Positions 1-9,692 of a stretch of DNA of 64,000 bases are shown here, piece by piece. The translations under genes and the position numbers were made by a program. Position 1 is the first letter of the stretch. Each line of letters begins with the position of its first letter. Source of the DNA: Bryobacterales bacterium (GTDB lineage: Bacteria; Acidobacteriota; Terriglobia; Bryobacterales; UBA6623); contig JAPOOG010000072.1 of the NCBI GenBank assembly GCA_026713545.1, forward strand, positions 17,411-81,410, given 5' to 3'. The notes under the pieces were generated by a model. The model was not told where the DNA came from and made no database searches. It saw only the letters and a program-made list of their open reading frames with translations.

Positions 1-29
1 GAGCCGCCCCGACCCATGGGAGGTTCACG

Positions 30-1367
30 ATGGCGGAACGATCGCGTCGTTTCTTCTTGAGCGTGGCGTCGGCGGCCGGGGCGGCCGGGGCGCGCATGGC
101 GGCGGCAACCCTGGGGGACAAGCCGGCCGTACTCGGCGGCAGGCCGGTCCGGAAGAAGCCGTTTCCCGGCTGGCCGATCGTCCGCAAGAGCGACGAGAAG
201 GTCTGGATGTCGGTCCTGCGGACGCTGAAGTGGAACCGCACGCGAGGGAGCGCGGTCAAGCAGTTCGAAGAGCCCTGGCCCCGCCGGCTCGGCGCACGCC
301 ACTGCCTTGCCACTTCCGGCGGGACGACAGCCCTATGGACGGCGCTGAACGCCCTCGACGTCGGGCCGAAGGACGAGGTTCTCGTTCCGCCCTACACGTT
401 CATCGCCACGGTGAACGTCGTACTGCTGCAGCACGCCTTGCCGGTGTTCGTGGACACCGACCGCGAGACGTTCCAGATCGACGCCAGGAAGATCGAAGAG
501 CGCATCACTCCCCGGACCCGCTGCATCCTGCCGGTCCACATGGGCGGCGCATCGGCGGAGATGGACCTCATTCTCGAGCTTGCCAGGAAGCATCAGCTGC
601 CGGTCGTGGAAGACGCCTGTCAGTCGCATCTCGCCGAGTGGCGCAAGCAGCCCGTCTCCACACTGGGAGACATCGGGTGCTTCAGCTTTCAAGCGTCGAA
701 GAACCTGAACTGCGGCGAGGGCGGCGCGCTGATCACCAACAACGACGAACTGATCGCCCGGGCCGAGCGCTTCCATACCAACGGCGGCTCGGTCGGCAAG
801 ACGGACAACCCGATTCCGCACCGCACGAACGGATGCAATCTAAGGATGACGGAGTTTCAAGGGGCGCTGCTCTCGGCGCAGTACGACCGGGTCGAAGAGC
901 AGGCGCGGGAAAGAGAGGACCATGCCGGCTACCTGACCGGCCTGTTCGACGACATCGCCGGCATCTCGCCGGCGCGGATGTACGAAGGCTGCACGCGCAA
1001 CGCCTACCACCTGTACATGTTCCGCTACGACCCGCATGCCTTCGCCGGACTGCCGCGGGAAGGGTTCGTCAAGGCGCTGCGAGCGGAGGGCGTTCACTGC
1101 TCGACCGGCTACCGTCCGCTCAACAAAGACAAGTTCCTCGAGCACACCTTCCAGTCGCGCGCATTTCGAACGATTTACTCCGACAAGGAACTGAGCGACT
1201 GGCGCGAGCGCAATCACACGCCCGAAAACGACCGGCTGTGCAGCGAGGCGGTCTGGCTCACGCAGAGCAAGCTGCTCGGCTCCCGCGACGACATGGATCA
1301 GATCGCCGAGGCGGTGCGGAAGATCCAGGCATTCGCTCCGGAAATCCGCAAGGCGGGGGTTGGTTGA
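30..1367 (+). CDS. DegT/DnrJ/EryC1/StrS family PLP-dependent aminotransferase with Tat-like leader
   Basis: Motifs SGGTTAL, VPPYTFIAT, VVEDACQSH, FSFQASKNL (PLP lysine), GCNLRMTEFQ; N-terminus SRRFFL. Confidence 0.9.
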   Translation: MAERSRRFFLSVASAAGAAGARMAAATLGDKPAVLGGRPVRKKPFPGWPIVRKSDEKVWMSVLRTLKWNRTRGSAVKQFEEPWPRRLGARHCLATSGGTTALWTALNALDVGPKDEVLVPPYTFIATVNVVLLQHALPVFVDTDRETFQIDARKIEERITPRTRCILPVHMGGASAEMDLILELARKHQLPVVEDACQSHLAEWRKQPVSTLGDIGCFSFQASKNLNCGEGGALITNNDELIARAERFHTNGGSVGKTDNPIPHRTNGCNLRMTEFQGALLSAQYDRVEEQAREREDHAGYLTGLFDDIAGISPARMYEGCTRNAYHLYMFRYDPHAFAGLPREGFVKALRAEGVHCSTGYRPLNKDKFLEHTFQSRAFRTIYSDKELSDWRERNHTPENDRLCSEAVWLTQSKLLGSRDDMDQIAEAVRKIQAFAPEIRKAGVG

Positions 1368-1381
1368 AGAGGGGAAAAGGC

Positions 1382-1411
1382 GTGGTTAGTTTTTAGTGGT
1401 TAGTTTTTAGT
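1382..1411. repeat. Short tandem repeat, (GTGGTTAGTTTTTA)x2, made of heptamer units TGGTTAG/TTTTTAG
   Basis: Read directly in the gap between two convergent genes. Confidence 0.7.
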
Positions 1412-1450
1412 TATTCGTGAAAACCTTTGGCGGGGGCCTGGTTCGTGACC

Positions 1451-4400
1451 CTACGAATCTCCGCTTACATCGATTACACAGACCGTTATCTTGCGCGCCA
1501 AGTCTTCCGATAGCGTCGCTTCCAGTTTCGTTTGCAACTCTTGCGGGCTGTCCGGGCGGGGACCGGAGGGGGGCGGCTGGGTGCAGGTCTTGCCGAACCA
1601 GAACACCAGATAGATCCCGTATCCGTCCGTGGCCGGGTCACTCGCGTACTGCTTGATCAACTGGTTCTTCATTGCGCTCCACAGATCCCGGTGCCCGTTC
1701 TTTTTGACCTCTATGGGCACCTGGAAATCCTCGCCTGACACTCGGATGTCGGCTCGCCGGTCTCGGGCGTACTGCCCCTCGGGCTGGGCGTCGACTCCTT
1801 CCGGGAAGCGTTCTCGCAGATCCGAAAGCAGCGCATCCCGGCAGAAGTTCTCGTGTCTAGGGGTACAAGGTTTCTCGTTCCAGTACTGGCGCCAGTCGTC
1901 GGTATTGCCTGTCCGGATCTTGACGGCAAGGTCGCAAAGCCGGTCACTCACGAGCGCCGCGAGGTCGCCCGCGTTGGCGGGTTTGCCGCCATCCAAGGTC
2001 CTGCAAATCTGATCTGTCTTGGGATGACGATATCCGGCGTCACGGCGAATTACTCGTTGGGCATCCTTCGCGTGCGCCAGTACGTCACGCCAGTAGTGTA
2101 GCGTCCTATCGGCATGAAGGCTGCCTAACGCTTTGCTTGCGTCCTTGGATGGAGACGCGGCGAGGCTTTGTATCAATTTGTCGACAAAGTCAGAAGCTTC
2201 CAATTTAGGACTAGACCACCCTTGCTCCGATCGCTGAGCCGGGCCGGCGTAGCTTCCAACAAGGCGGATGAGGAGTTCCATTCCCGGCACACCCAACCCA
2301 TCGAACGAGAACCGCACTGAGTCTTCAGGGCAAAAGAATTTCGAAAGTTGATGAATTCGATGTTCTTGGTCCTTTATGAAGTCTTCCAGGAGTTCAATGT
2401 ACGTCTCTGGCAAAACGGCGAAGCCTGCCGCCAACCAATGCACGCGCTGAGCGTCGTTCATGCTCTTCCGGGACAGCTTCCTGTCGATCAGTTCCTGAAG
2501 CGCCCGCCTGTCAGCATGCTGAATCGCAGCCCATAGCAGACAATCCAGCGACTCGATCTGCTTGAGCGCGCAACGAGTCGGAAAGGCGCGCAGCAGGGGC
2601 AGGCTCGCCTGCCGAGCGACTCCGGCGTGGTCGCGGTCATGGGCGAGTTCCCAGAGCTTGTAGATATGCTCGCTACCACTGCGGAACTCGGAAACGGCGA
2701 ATCGCACCTGAATGCCGGCGACGATCTCGGGACGCGCCAGAAGAAGCCGCAGATACCATCTGGGCCGATAATTCTCGTGGGGCGTACAGTAGTAGAATCC
2801 GATCGCCTTGCGAATCCGCCCATCGTCCCATCGGGACGGGTTTTCCGGCGCTGTTCTTTCGATTTCCTCCAAGCCCGCCAGGAAGGGCATACCGAGATAG
2901 TGAATTTGTCCCTTTTCTCTAAGTTCCAGAGTCTCATCAATGTCCGGAACGTCCTCCCGATCGACCACGCCTCGAAGACCCAGAAGAGCGGCGTCTATCA
3001 AATCACGGTCGCCTTGGAGCCATTCCTTGATGGCGTTCGGGCCATCGGCAGCTTTGAAAAAGTTCCCAAAGTACTCCCGCGCCATCCGGTAAAGCAGGGC
3101 AGGCGCGGCGCGGTTCTCCCGTAGTGCGGCTAGGTTGGAACGGACAGCATCAAGCCTTTGTTGTTTTCGCTGCTTGTGCTTTTCAAGGATCTGTTCCGTG
3201 TCCCTATCCCGATGCTTTGGAGGCGTGGGCGGCGGGTAAATCAGTCGATCCAGACTCGTCCTTAACTTTTCGTTCTCCCGTACGTGCTCTTGAAGAACTT
3301 CGAGTGACAGGCCCTCGTTACCGCTCCGATGCTTGTGCGCCTTGACTGCCTGTTTCAACAGGTATTCCGCAACCTGCGGTTTCGTGTCCGCCGTAGCGAC
3401 GGACTGCTCCAGACACCAAAGGCCGAAGTCATGCGGCGGGATGGCGTCATACAGGCGCTGTTGGACGCCCGATGCGTGATACCTGAACTCGTCGGTTTCG
3501 GGGCACCGGTCCAGACCCTCCACGATGATTTTCTTTTGGATCTCGGGACGCTGCTCCAACCAGGAGCGTATTTGACGGATCGATTCTCTCCCGTCTGAGG
3601 AGGCCTCCAGGTCCTGGTCCCATAACGAAACGCTGAGCCAGTCATATAGACGCCTCGTCTCGATTTCGTCCCCGCGTGCTTCCAGACCAGCCGCCAGGAG
3701 ATCTAGGGTCAGGCCGTGTAAGTAATGGGCATCCAAAGCAGACCGCAGGCGAGGGAGCCACTCGGCCAGAGAATCGAGAAGCTCGGCCAAGTCCTCGGGC
3801 GAGGACTTCAGGATAAGGCCAGTATCCCAGAAGACACAGTATCTTGGGAAGAATCTCCGATCCCATATCCCGGAAAGGTAGTCCCAAACCTTCTGCGGAG
3901 GCAGTTCCCGGGGATAGAGTTGAGTCAGCAGGGTTCCAAGCAGTTGGTTGATGGGATCAGAGACGCTACCGCTTCTAATGTCCGCCAGCAGCATCTTGAG
4001 GTCGCCCGTCTTGTCCTGGCTGTTGTGGAGGTGGATAAATGCATCGAGGGCCGGTACGTTGATGCGAGGCCACCAAGTGTCGTCGCGAACGATCTCGAGC
4101 AGAATCCGGGACAGGCCCTGCAGAGCCTCACCCTGTCCCAGGACCCGCAATATGAATTCGACGAGCAACTGGTGGTCACGACTGCGGCTGGAACTGGTCA
4201 GCAGCTCTTCGAGCACGAATTCCATGTCAGGCGTAGCGAGTGGTCCAAAGGGCGCGGCCGCCGGTAACACGGAACCGAGCCGGTATCCCTCACGACTCAG
4301 GGCCTTTATCCCACGGCTCAGGGCTTCCAGGAGAGCGCGTTTCTCGTCGTGCGAGAACTCGACGATGTCACCGTACAAACCGACGCCGATGGGGTCCCGG

Positions 4401-5503
4401 TCGATGAGGTCTGCCCGGGCCTTACTGCATTGGGCAGCGAGCCAAGCGGACAAGCCTCTCATCTCCGTGACCACGATGCCGTCTCCTCCCGTCATCAGAG
4501 CGAGGACACGCCGTGCCGGAAGCCCCTCGCCAATAAGCCGGGCGAGATGCCGGGAACCGAGGAATTCGGCGATGTGGCGGTGAACGGGTTCGAAGCGGTT
4601 ATTGGATGCGCTCTTGAATAACTTCGTGGAGAGAGCTTGGCGAAGCGTTTCAGGGGATCCGTAGTTGCAGGCATCCATGAGGGGATAGTCGTCGCCCGCA
4701 TCGTTGTGCCGCAGCGAGTAGCCAGCGGTTCCTGCGAGAAGTTGAACGGCGCAGAGACGCCCGGCGGCATCCATCAACTGATCGGGCCTGTATGGCTGTC
4801 CTCCAAGCTGGTGTTCTTCATTGTGCTCGCGGACCATTTTCGAACAAGCCTTCTCGAAAGTTTCCAAGCGGCTTTTGGGCCAGCTTCCGCCTTCGTCCAC
4901 AACATCAGCCAGCATGGTCAGGCTCTGAGGGTTCCTGAGCAATCCTTCGACTCCGCGCTCTCGGGCCTTTGTGATGAACTCCTGGGCATCCCCGTCGCCC
5001 AAGCGATCATTCACGATCCGGATCACGTCCGAATCCGTCAGCGGATCGAGACGCAGGACCGTCACCTTCGAGTCCTGCGACACGGACTCCAAATGCCTCC
5101 GATCGTTGTCTTCCAGCCAATCCGCGGCACGGCACGAGAGTCGAAAACGCGGACGGCCCAGCTTGTCCAAGCGCCGGCGGACCTGGTCAAACGGCGTACG
5201 CGCATCGGGCGCACCGGCCCGGATTTCGTCGAGGCCGTCAATAAAGAGCGTCTTGTTGCGCCATTCGGGACGACGGTCCAAGTTCAAGGTGAGAAAGTCG
5301 CGGGCGGTGATCTTGAGAGCTCTTTCCCCAAGTGCTTTGGATTCGGCTTTGAACGCTTCCGTCTTGCCAGAGCCGGGGTCGCCGAGCAGCACGCAGGCCG
5401 CCGCGGACCGGAACTCTTTCAGGGACCGAAGACCGCTCTCCTGATTCTGATCCCCATCCCGCGGCACTATCTCGGTGCACGTGCGGGGGACAATGAGGTT
5501 CAT
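1451..5503 (-). CDS. Large NACHT/STAND NTPase with helical middle region and C-terminal PD-(D/E)xK-like nuclease domain; probable defence protein
   Basis: Walker A GDPGSGKT, Walker B LFIDGLDE, RLSCR, NPQSL, HRHIAEFL; C-terminal RADIRV...PIEVKK...GYGIYLVFWFG. ATG at 5503 overlaps the upstream stop (ATGA). Confidence 0.8.
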   Translation of the reverse strand: MNLIVPRTCTEIVPRDGDQNQESGLRSLKEFRSAAACVLLGDPGSGKTEAFKAESKALGERALKITARDFLTLNLDRRPEWRNKTLFIDGLDEIRAGAPDARTPFDQVRRRLDKLGRPRFRLSCRAADWLEDNDRRHLESVSQDSKVTVLRLDPLTDSDVIRIVNDRLGDGDAQEFITKARERGVEGLLRNPQSLTMLADVVDEGGSWPKSRLETFEKACSKMVREHNEEHQLGGQPYRPDQLMDAAGRLCAVQLLAGTAGYSLRHNDAGDDYPLMDACNYGSPETLRQALSTKLFKSASNNRFEPVHRHIAEFLGSRHLARLIGEGLPARRVLALMTGGDGIVVTEMRGLSAWLAAQCSKARADLIDRDPIGVGLYGDIVEFSHDEKRALLEALSRGIKALSREGYRLGSVLPAAAPFGPLATPDMEFVLEELLTSSSRSRDHQLLVEFILRVLGQGEALQGLSRILLEIVRDDTWWPRINVPALDAFIHLHNSQDKTGDLKMLLADIRSGSVSDPINQLLGTLLTQLYPRELPPQKVWDYLSGIWDRRFFPRYCVFWDTGLILKSSPEDLAELLDSLAEWLPRLRSALDAHYLHGLTLDLLAAGLEARGDEIETRRLYDWLSVSLWDQDLEASSDGRESIRQIRSWLEQRPEIQKKIIVEGLDRCPETDEFRYHASGVQQRLYDAIPPHDFGLWCLEQSVATADTKPQVAEYLLKQAVKAHKHRSGNEGLSLEVLQEHVRENEKLRTSLDRLIYPPPTPPKHRDRDTEQILEKHKQRKQQRLDAVRSNLAALRENRAAPALLYRMAREYFGNFFKAADGPNAIKEWLQGDRDLIDAALLGLRGVVDREDVPDIDETLELREKGQIHYLGMPFLAGLEEIERTAPENPSRWDDGRIRKAIGFYYCTPHENYRPRWYLRLLLARPEIVAGIQVRFAVSEFRSGSEHIYKLWELAHDRDHAGVARQASLPLLRAFPTRCALKQIESLDCLLWAAIQHADRRALQELIDRKLSRKSMNDAQRVHWLAAGFAVLPETYIELLEDFIKDQEHRIHQLSKFFCPEDSVRFSFDGLGVPGMELLIRLVGSYAGPAQRSEQGWSSPKLEASDFVDKLIQSLAASPSKDASKALGSLHADRTLHYWRDVLAHAKDAQRVIRRDAGYRHPKTDQICRTLDGGKPANAGDLAALVSDRLCDLAVKIRTGNTDDWRQYWNEKPCTPRHENFCRDALLSDLRERFPEGVDAQPEGQYARDRRADIRVSGEDFQVPIEVKKNGHRDLWSAMKNQLIKQYASDPATDGYGIYLVFWFGKTCTQPPPSGPRPDSPQELQTKLEATLSEDLARKITVCVIDVSGDS

Positions 5504-6756
5504 ATTTCCTCGAACCATTGATGGGCCGGCGCCGTGAGAAACTCATCGAGCGGTATGTGGCCTTCACCAACAATCAGCGAACGACGGGGGCGAAAACGCT
5601 GCTCGAACGCGGCCATGCCTTGCAAGCTTCTCGGCTTCGCGCCGCTCTTCACCTCGACAGGAATGAGTTGAATCCCGCGTTGAAGGACGAAGTCGACCTC
5701 GAAGGGCGTATCCCGCCAGTAATGGAGGCGGATGTCGGATGCGGCGGTGTTGAACAAGTGAGCGCCGACCGCGCTTTCGACGAGGCGTCCATGAAAGGTG
5801 CGGTCCGCCTTGGCTTCATCGAAGGAATATCCCGAGCCGGCCGTCATCAGGGCCGTGTTGAGCACATTGAGCTTGGGGCTCGAGCCTCTGCGCAAATGCG
5901 GCCGGTTGGAATACTTCGGCAGGCCGGCGAGCAGGCCGGCGCTCGAGAGCAGGTCGAGGTAGCGCGCCAGAGTGGTCGTGTTGCCGGCGTCCTGAAGTTG
6001 GCCCAGCATCTTGGTGTACGACAGGATCTGTCCCGAGTAGGCGGCGCCCAATTCGAAGAGCCGTTTCAGAAGCGCCGGCTTGTCCACCCGCGTCATCAAT
6101 AGCAGATCCCGCTCGATATTCGGCTGGACCAGGGAGCCGAGAATATAGTCACGCCACCGGCCCTGATCTTCTCGAACGTAGCGAGCAGCGCCCGGATAGC
6201 CTCCGAAATAGAGGTATTGCGACAGGTCGAAACCGAAAGCCTCGGACATTTCGTTGAACGACCAGTGCGGGACACGGATCAATTCAAAGCGGCCGGCGAG
6301 GCTTTCATGCAACCCCGATTGCACGTGCAGAGGGGCCGAGCCCAGGATCACTACGCGCAGGGGAAGTCCCCTGGCGCGGTCGGCATCCCACAAACCCTTG
6401 ACCGTCTCGGCCCACCGGGGAATCTTCTGAATCTCGTCGAACACCAGCACGTATCCACGTCCCAACTGTTCCGTCTCGCGCCGGGCTTCTTCCCACTGCC
6501 GCACCAACCAATCCGTGTTTCGCACCTGGGGAAAAGGGAAGATTGCCTCGGTCGCGTCGGATGGAACGCGGAGAGTGGGAGAGTCGGGTTCGTCGACGGC
6601 CAGGTAACGACTCCTGAGATCGATCCGCGAGAGTGCTTGGCGAACGATGGTGGTCTTGCCGGTTTGGCGCGGGCCGAACAGTGCGATGAGCTGGTGGGGC
6701 TCTTCGGCCAGCCGGTGGCAGACGGTGGTGGCCTGAGAGCGCTGGAAAGACTTCAC
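5500..6756 (-). CDS. AAA+ ATPase (AAA_14 + DUF4143 type) with C-terminal EVDF...EVK motif
   Basis: GPRQTGKTT, VFDEIQK, ILGSAP, ESLAGRF, GGYPG, YWRD...EVDFV...PVEVKSG. Confidence 0.88.
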   Translation of the reverse strand: MKSFQRSQATTVCHRLAEEPHQLIALFGPRQTGKTTIVRQALSRIDLRSRYLAVDEPDSPTLRVPSDATEAIFPFPQVRNTDWLVRQWEEARRETEQLGRGYVLVFDEIQKIPRWAETVKGLWDADRARGLPLRVVILGSAPLHVQSGLHESLAGRFELIRVPHWSFNEMSEAFGFDLSQYLYFGGYPGAARYVREDQGRWRDYILGSLVQPNIERDLLLMTRVDKPALLKRLFELGAAYSGQILSYTKMLGQLQDAGNTTTLARYLDLLSSAGLLAGLPKYSNRPHLRRGSSPKLNVLNTALMTAGSGYSFDEAKADRTFHGRLVESAVGAHLFNTAASDIRLHYWRDTPFEVDFVLQRGIQLIPVEVKSGAKPRSLQGMAAFEQRFRPRRSLIVGEGHIPLDEFLTAPAHQWFEEI

Positions 6757-6792
6757 GAAACTAAATTTACTCTATTGAGTAAAAACAGTCAA
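6757..6792 (-). promoter_or_regulatory. Sigma70-type promoter, probably leaderless, with a palindromic operator
   Basis: Minus strand TTGACT-17nt-TAAATT-7nt-GTG start; inverted repeat TTTACTC-n4-GAGTAAA at 6766-6783. Confidence 0.65.
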
Positions 6793-7417
6793 TACTTACA
6801 AATCAACCTATTCGATGATCAAAAGAGGGCCAGGAAGCCGCCGGAGGAGGTATTGACCTCCTGAGTACCGGAGGCATCCACTTGATGAATGCGTCCTGAT
6901 CGGAATCATGCTTCAGCAGCTTGAGCAACTGCGATTTTCAAGCACCGCCTCGGCCTGCTCAGGTTCTCGACGGCACCGGATACGTCCAGTTTGTCATCCT
7001 TGCCGGAAGTCATCCACAAGACGAACATTCCGACGCGGAGCACGTTGTGAGACCAGCGTTGGGCGAGGCTGAACTGACCTGAAACATTCTCCTATTCAAT
7101 CGGCATTGCTGTCCGGGATCCGAGCTTTTGATCGAAACAGTGAACTCTTCTCTGCCGGCGTCGTCTACAGATTGCAGTGAGTTTCGTGCGGACGGAAGGG
7201 CAGGTTCCGGTTGCCCGCGGGTCTGAGCCTGATCCGAAGGAGCGGCCATGGGTTTTCTCAAGAGACCTTCGTTACCGCTTGCGGATGTTGACAAACACCG
7301 AGATTGCGGCTGCTGGGATGGACATGCGTGGATGGGTCGGGATGGGGGCGAAGATCGTTTCGGCTGGCCGCGAAGATCGACCCGACGGCCGGAGCTCGAC
7401 ACGATCAGGGCGAAAGC

Positions 7418-7456
7418 CGTCCCGATATTGGGACGCGGCCGTCCCATTAGCGGACA
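7418..7456. promoter_or_regulatory. Tandem palindromic upstream activator sites for a sigma54 enhancer-binding protein
   Basis: CGTCCC-gatatt-GGGACG (7418-7435) and CGTCCC-attagc-GGACA starting 22 bp later. Confidence 0.55.
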
Positions 7457-7531
7457 GCCAACGATCTACAGCGGCAAGGGAGATGTCGCCAAGTCCTTCC
7501 ATCTCAACAGGTTCCGCAATCTCCGGGCAAA

Positions 7532-7548
7532 CGGCTCGCCACGTGCAT
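7532..7548 (+). promoter_or_regulatory. Sigma54 -24/-12 promoter
   Basis: cGG-ctcgccacgt-GCat = GG-N10-GC upstream of the exporter operon; a GAFTGA activator is encoded in the same cluster. Confidence 0.6.
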
Positions 7549-7594
7549 CAATGTGGTGTCGAGATGGCGGCAACGTATCGAAGAGGAGTCCGGT

Positions 7595-8845
7595 TTGGAT
7601 ATTCCGCGTAAAGATCTCGTCCGAAAGCGCCGGATTCGCCGCATCGTTTATTCCGTCGCGGCCGCCGCGGCGCTGGGGGTGATCACGTTCGGACTCTCGC
7701 GGCTCGAGCCGGCCGCACCCACGGTCGACGGCGCGCCCTTCATCGACACGGTCAGGCGCGGCGACATGGTGCTCGACGTCCGCGGCCTGGGCACGCTGGT
7801 GCCGGAGAACGTTCTCCTGGTGCCGGCCCGGGATGAGGGCCGGGTCGACCGCCGCTTCCTGTTGCCCGGCGAGCAGGTCGAGGCGCGCACGGTGCTCTTC
7901 CAGCTCAGCAATCCGCAGCTCGAGCAGGATGTGTTCGACACCGAATCGGAGATTCGCGCCGCCGAGGCCGAATACGCCGACCTCGAAGTGCAGTTGGAGA
8001 ACGAGACGCTGACGCAACGCGCCGGCGCCGCAACGGTGGGAGCGAATTACCAGCAGGCGCGGACCGAGTACCTGGCGCAGAAACAGATGGCGGAAAAGGG
8101 TCTCACCGATCAAGTGACGCTCACCAAGGCCCGGGTTACGGCCGAGCAACTGGAAATCAGCGTCCGCTTGGAGAAGGAGCGGGCCGCGATCCGAGAGAAG
8201 GCCGTCGAAGCGCAGTTGGCGGCGAAGCGGGCGCGCATCGAGCAGCAGAAACGCCTGTTGCGCTTGCGCAAGCAGAAGCTGGAGCGTTTGATCGTGCGCG
8301 CCGGGGCAACGGGAGTCTTGCAACAGCTCGAAGTCGAGGTGGGTCAACTCGTCTCAGCGGGGACCGTGCTGGCGCGCGTATCGGACCCCCGCCACCTCAA
8401 AGCCGAGCTGCGCATCGCCGAGACACAGGCGAAGGACATCACGTTCGGCCAGCGGGCCGAGATCGACACCCGCAACGGCGTGATCCCGGGCACGGTGACG
8501 CGCATCGATCCGGCGGCGGAAGAAGGCACGGTGACGGTGGACGTCCGTCTCGACGGAGAACTGCCCAAGGGCGCGCGGCCCGACCTGAGCGTCGACGGCA
8601 GGATCATTCTCGACCACCTCGTCGACGTCGTCAAAGTCGGGCGGCCCGTCTACGCGCAGCCCGACGCGGCGATCTCGCTGTTCCGCGTGGAGCCCGACGG
8701 GGAACATGCCTCGCGCGTGCGGGTCGCCGTGGGCCGCACTTCCGTGAACGAAATCCAGATCCGGCAGGGACTGCAACCCGGCGACCGGGTCATCTTGTCG
8801 GACATGTCAGCGATGGACGCGTACGACCGCGTCCGATTGGACTAG
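7595..8845 (+). CDS. Efflux periplasmic adaptor (HlyD/MFP family)
   Basis: N-terminal TM, coiled coil, lipoyl-like segment, GELPKGARPDLSVDG; TTG start at 7595 after GAGGAG. Confidence 0.88.
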   Translation: MDIPRKDLVRKRRIRRIVYSVAAAAALGVITFGLSRLEPAAPTVDGAPFIDTVRRGDMVLDVRGLGTLVPENVLLVPARDEGRVDRRFLLPGEQVEARTVLFQLSNPQLEQDVFDTESEIRAAEAEYADLEVQLENETLTQRAGAATVGANYQQARTEYLAQKQMAEKGLTDQVTLTKARVTAEQLEISVRLEKERAAIREKAVEAQLAAKRARIEQQKRLLRLRKQKLERLIVRAGATGVLQQLEVEVGQLVSAGTVLARVSDPRHLKAELRIAETQAKDITFGQRAEIDTRNGVIPGTVTRIDPAAEEGTVTVDVRLDGELPKGARPDLSVDGRIILDHLVDVVKVGRPVYAQPDAAISLFRVEPDGEHASRVRVAVGRTSVNEIQIRQGLQPGDRVILSDMSAMDAYDRVRLD

Positions 8846-8858
8846 AAGGAACATCCCC

Positions 8859-9590
8859 ATGAACGAATCCGTCACGAACGACCCAACCCTGATCCGTCTC
8901 CACAACGTCAAGAAGGTGTTCCTGGCCGAGGAAGTCGAGACCCACGCGCTCTCGAACATCAACATGGAGATCCGCCGCGGGGAGTACGTCGCCATCTCGG
9001 GGCCGTCGGGGGGCGGCAAATCGACGCTGCTGTCGATCCTGGGCCTGCTCGACACGCCCTCGGAGGGCGAGCACTTTCTCAAGGATGAGCCGGTCGAGAA
9101 CCTCTCGGCGAGCCAGCGAGCGCGCGTCCGCAACCGCGAGATCGGGTTCATTTTTCAGGCTTTCAACCTGATCGGCGACCTCAACGTGTACGAGAACGTC
9201 GAGCTGCCGCTCACCTACCGCGGGATGCCCTCGAAGGAGCGCAAGGAGCGGGTGAAAAACGCTCTCGAGCAAGTGGAGATGGCGCACCGGATGAAGCACT
9301 ATCCGTCGCAGCTCTCGGGCGGCCAGCAACAGCGCGTGGCGGTGGCGCGGGCGCTGGTGGGGGACCCGGCGATCCTGCTGGCGGATGAGCCGACCGGCAA
9401 CCTGGACTCGAAAAACGGCGAGGCCGTGATGGACTTGATGCGGGAGCTGCATCAGAACGGCGCGACGATCTGCATGGTCACGCACGACCCGCGCTATGAG
9501 AAATACGCCGAGCGCACCGTGCACCTGTTCGACGGCCGCATCGTGGACGAGAGCGAGGCGCCGGACTTGAACCTTACGACAGACGGGTAG
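8859..9590 (+). CDS. ABC transporter ATP-binding protein (LolD/MacB type)
   Basis: [35 protein letters not shown]. Confidence 0.95.
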   Translation: MNESVTNDPTLIRLHNVKKVFLAEEVETHALSNINMEIRRGEYVAISGPSGGGKSTLLSILGLLDTPSEGEHFLKDEPVENLSASQRARVRNREIGFIFQAFNLIGDLNVYENVELPLTYRGMPSKERKERVKNALEQVEMAHRMKHYPSQLSGGQQQRVAVARALVGDPAILLADEPTGNLDSKNGEAVMDLMRELHQNGATICMVTHDPRYEKYAERTVHLFDGRIVDESEAPDLNLTTDG

Positions 9591-9692
9591 GTTTCAGATG
9601 GCGGATTCACTGTGGAATGAACCCGATGCAGGGACGGCGATGACGAGCGGGCCGGTTCAGGATTTGCGCCATGCCGTCAAGGGGGCAACGAG

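Noticed and set aside
6860-7230. Possible degraded gene upstream of the ATPase
   Set aside because: Only short interrupted frames with no recognisable motif
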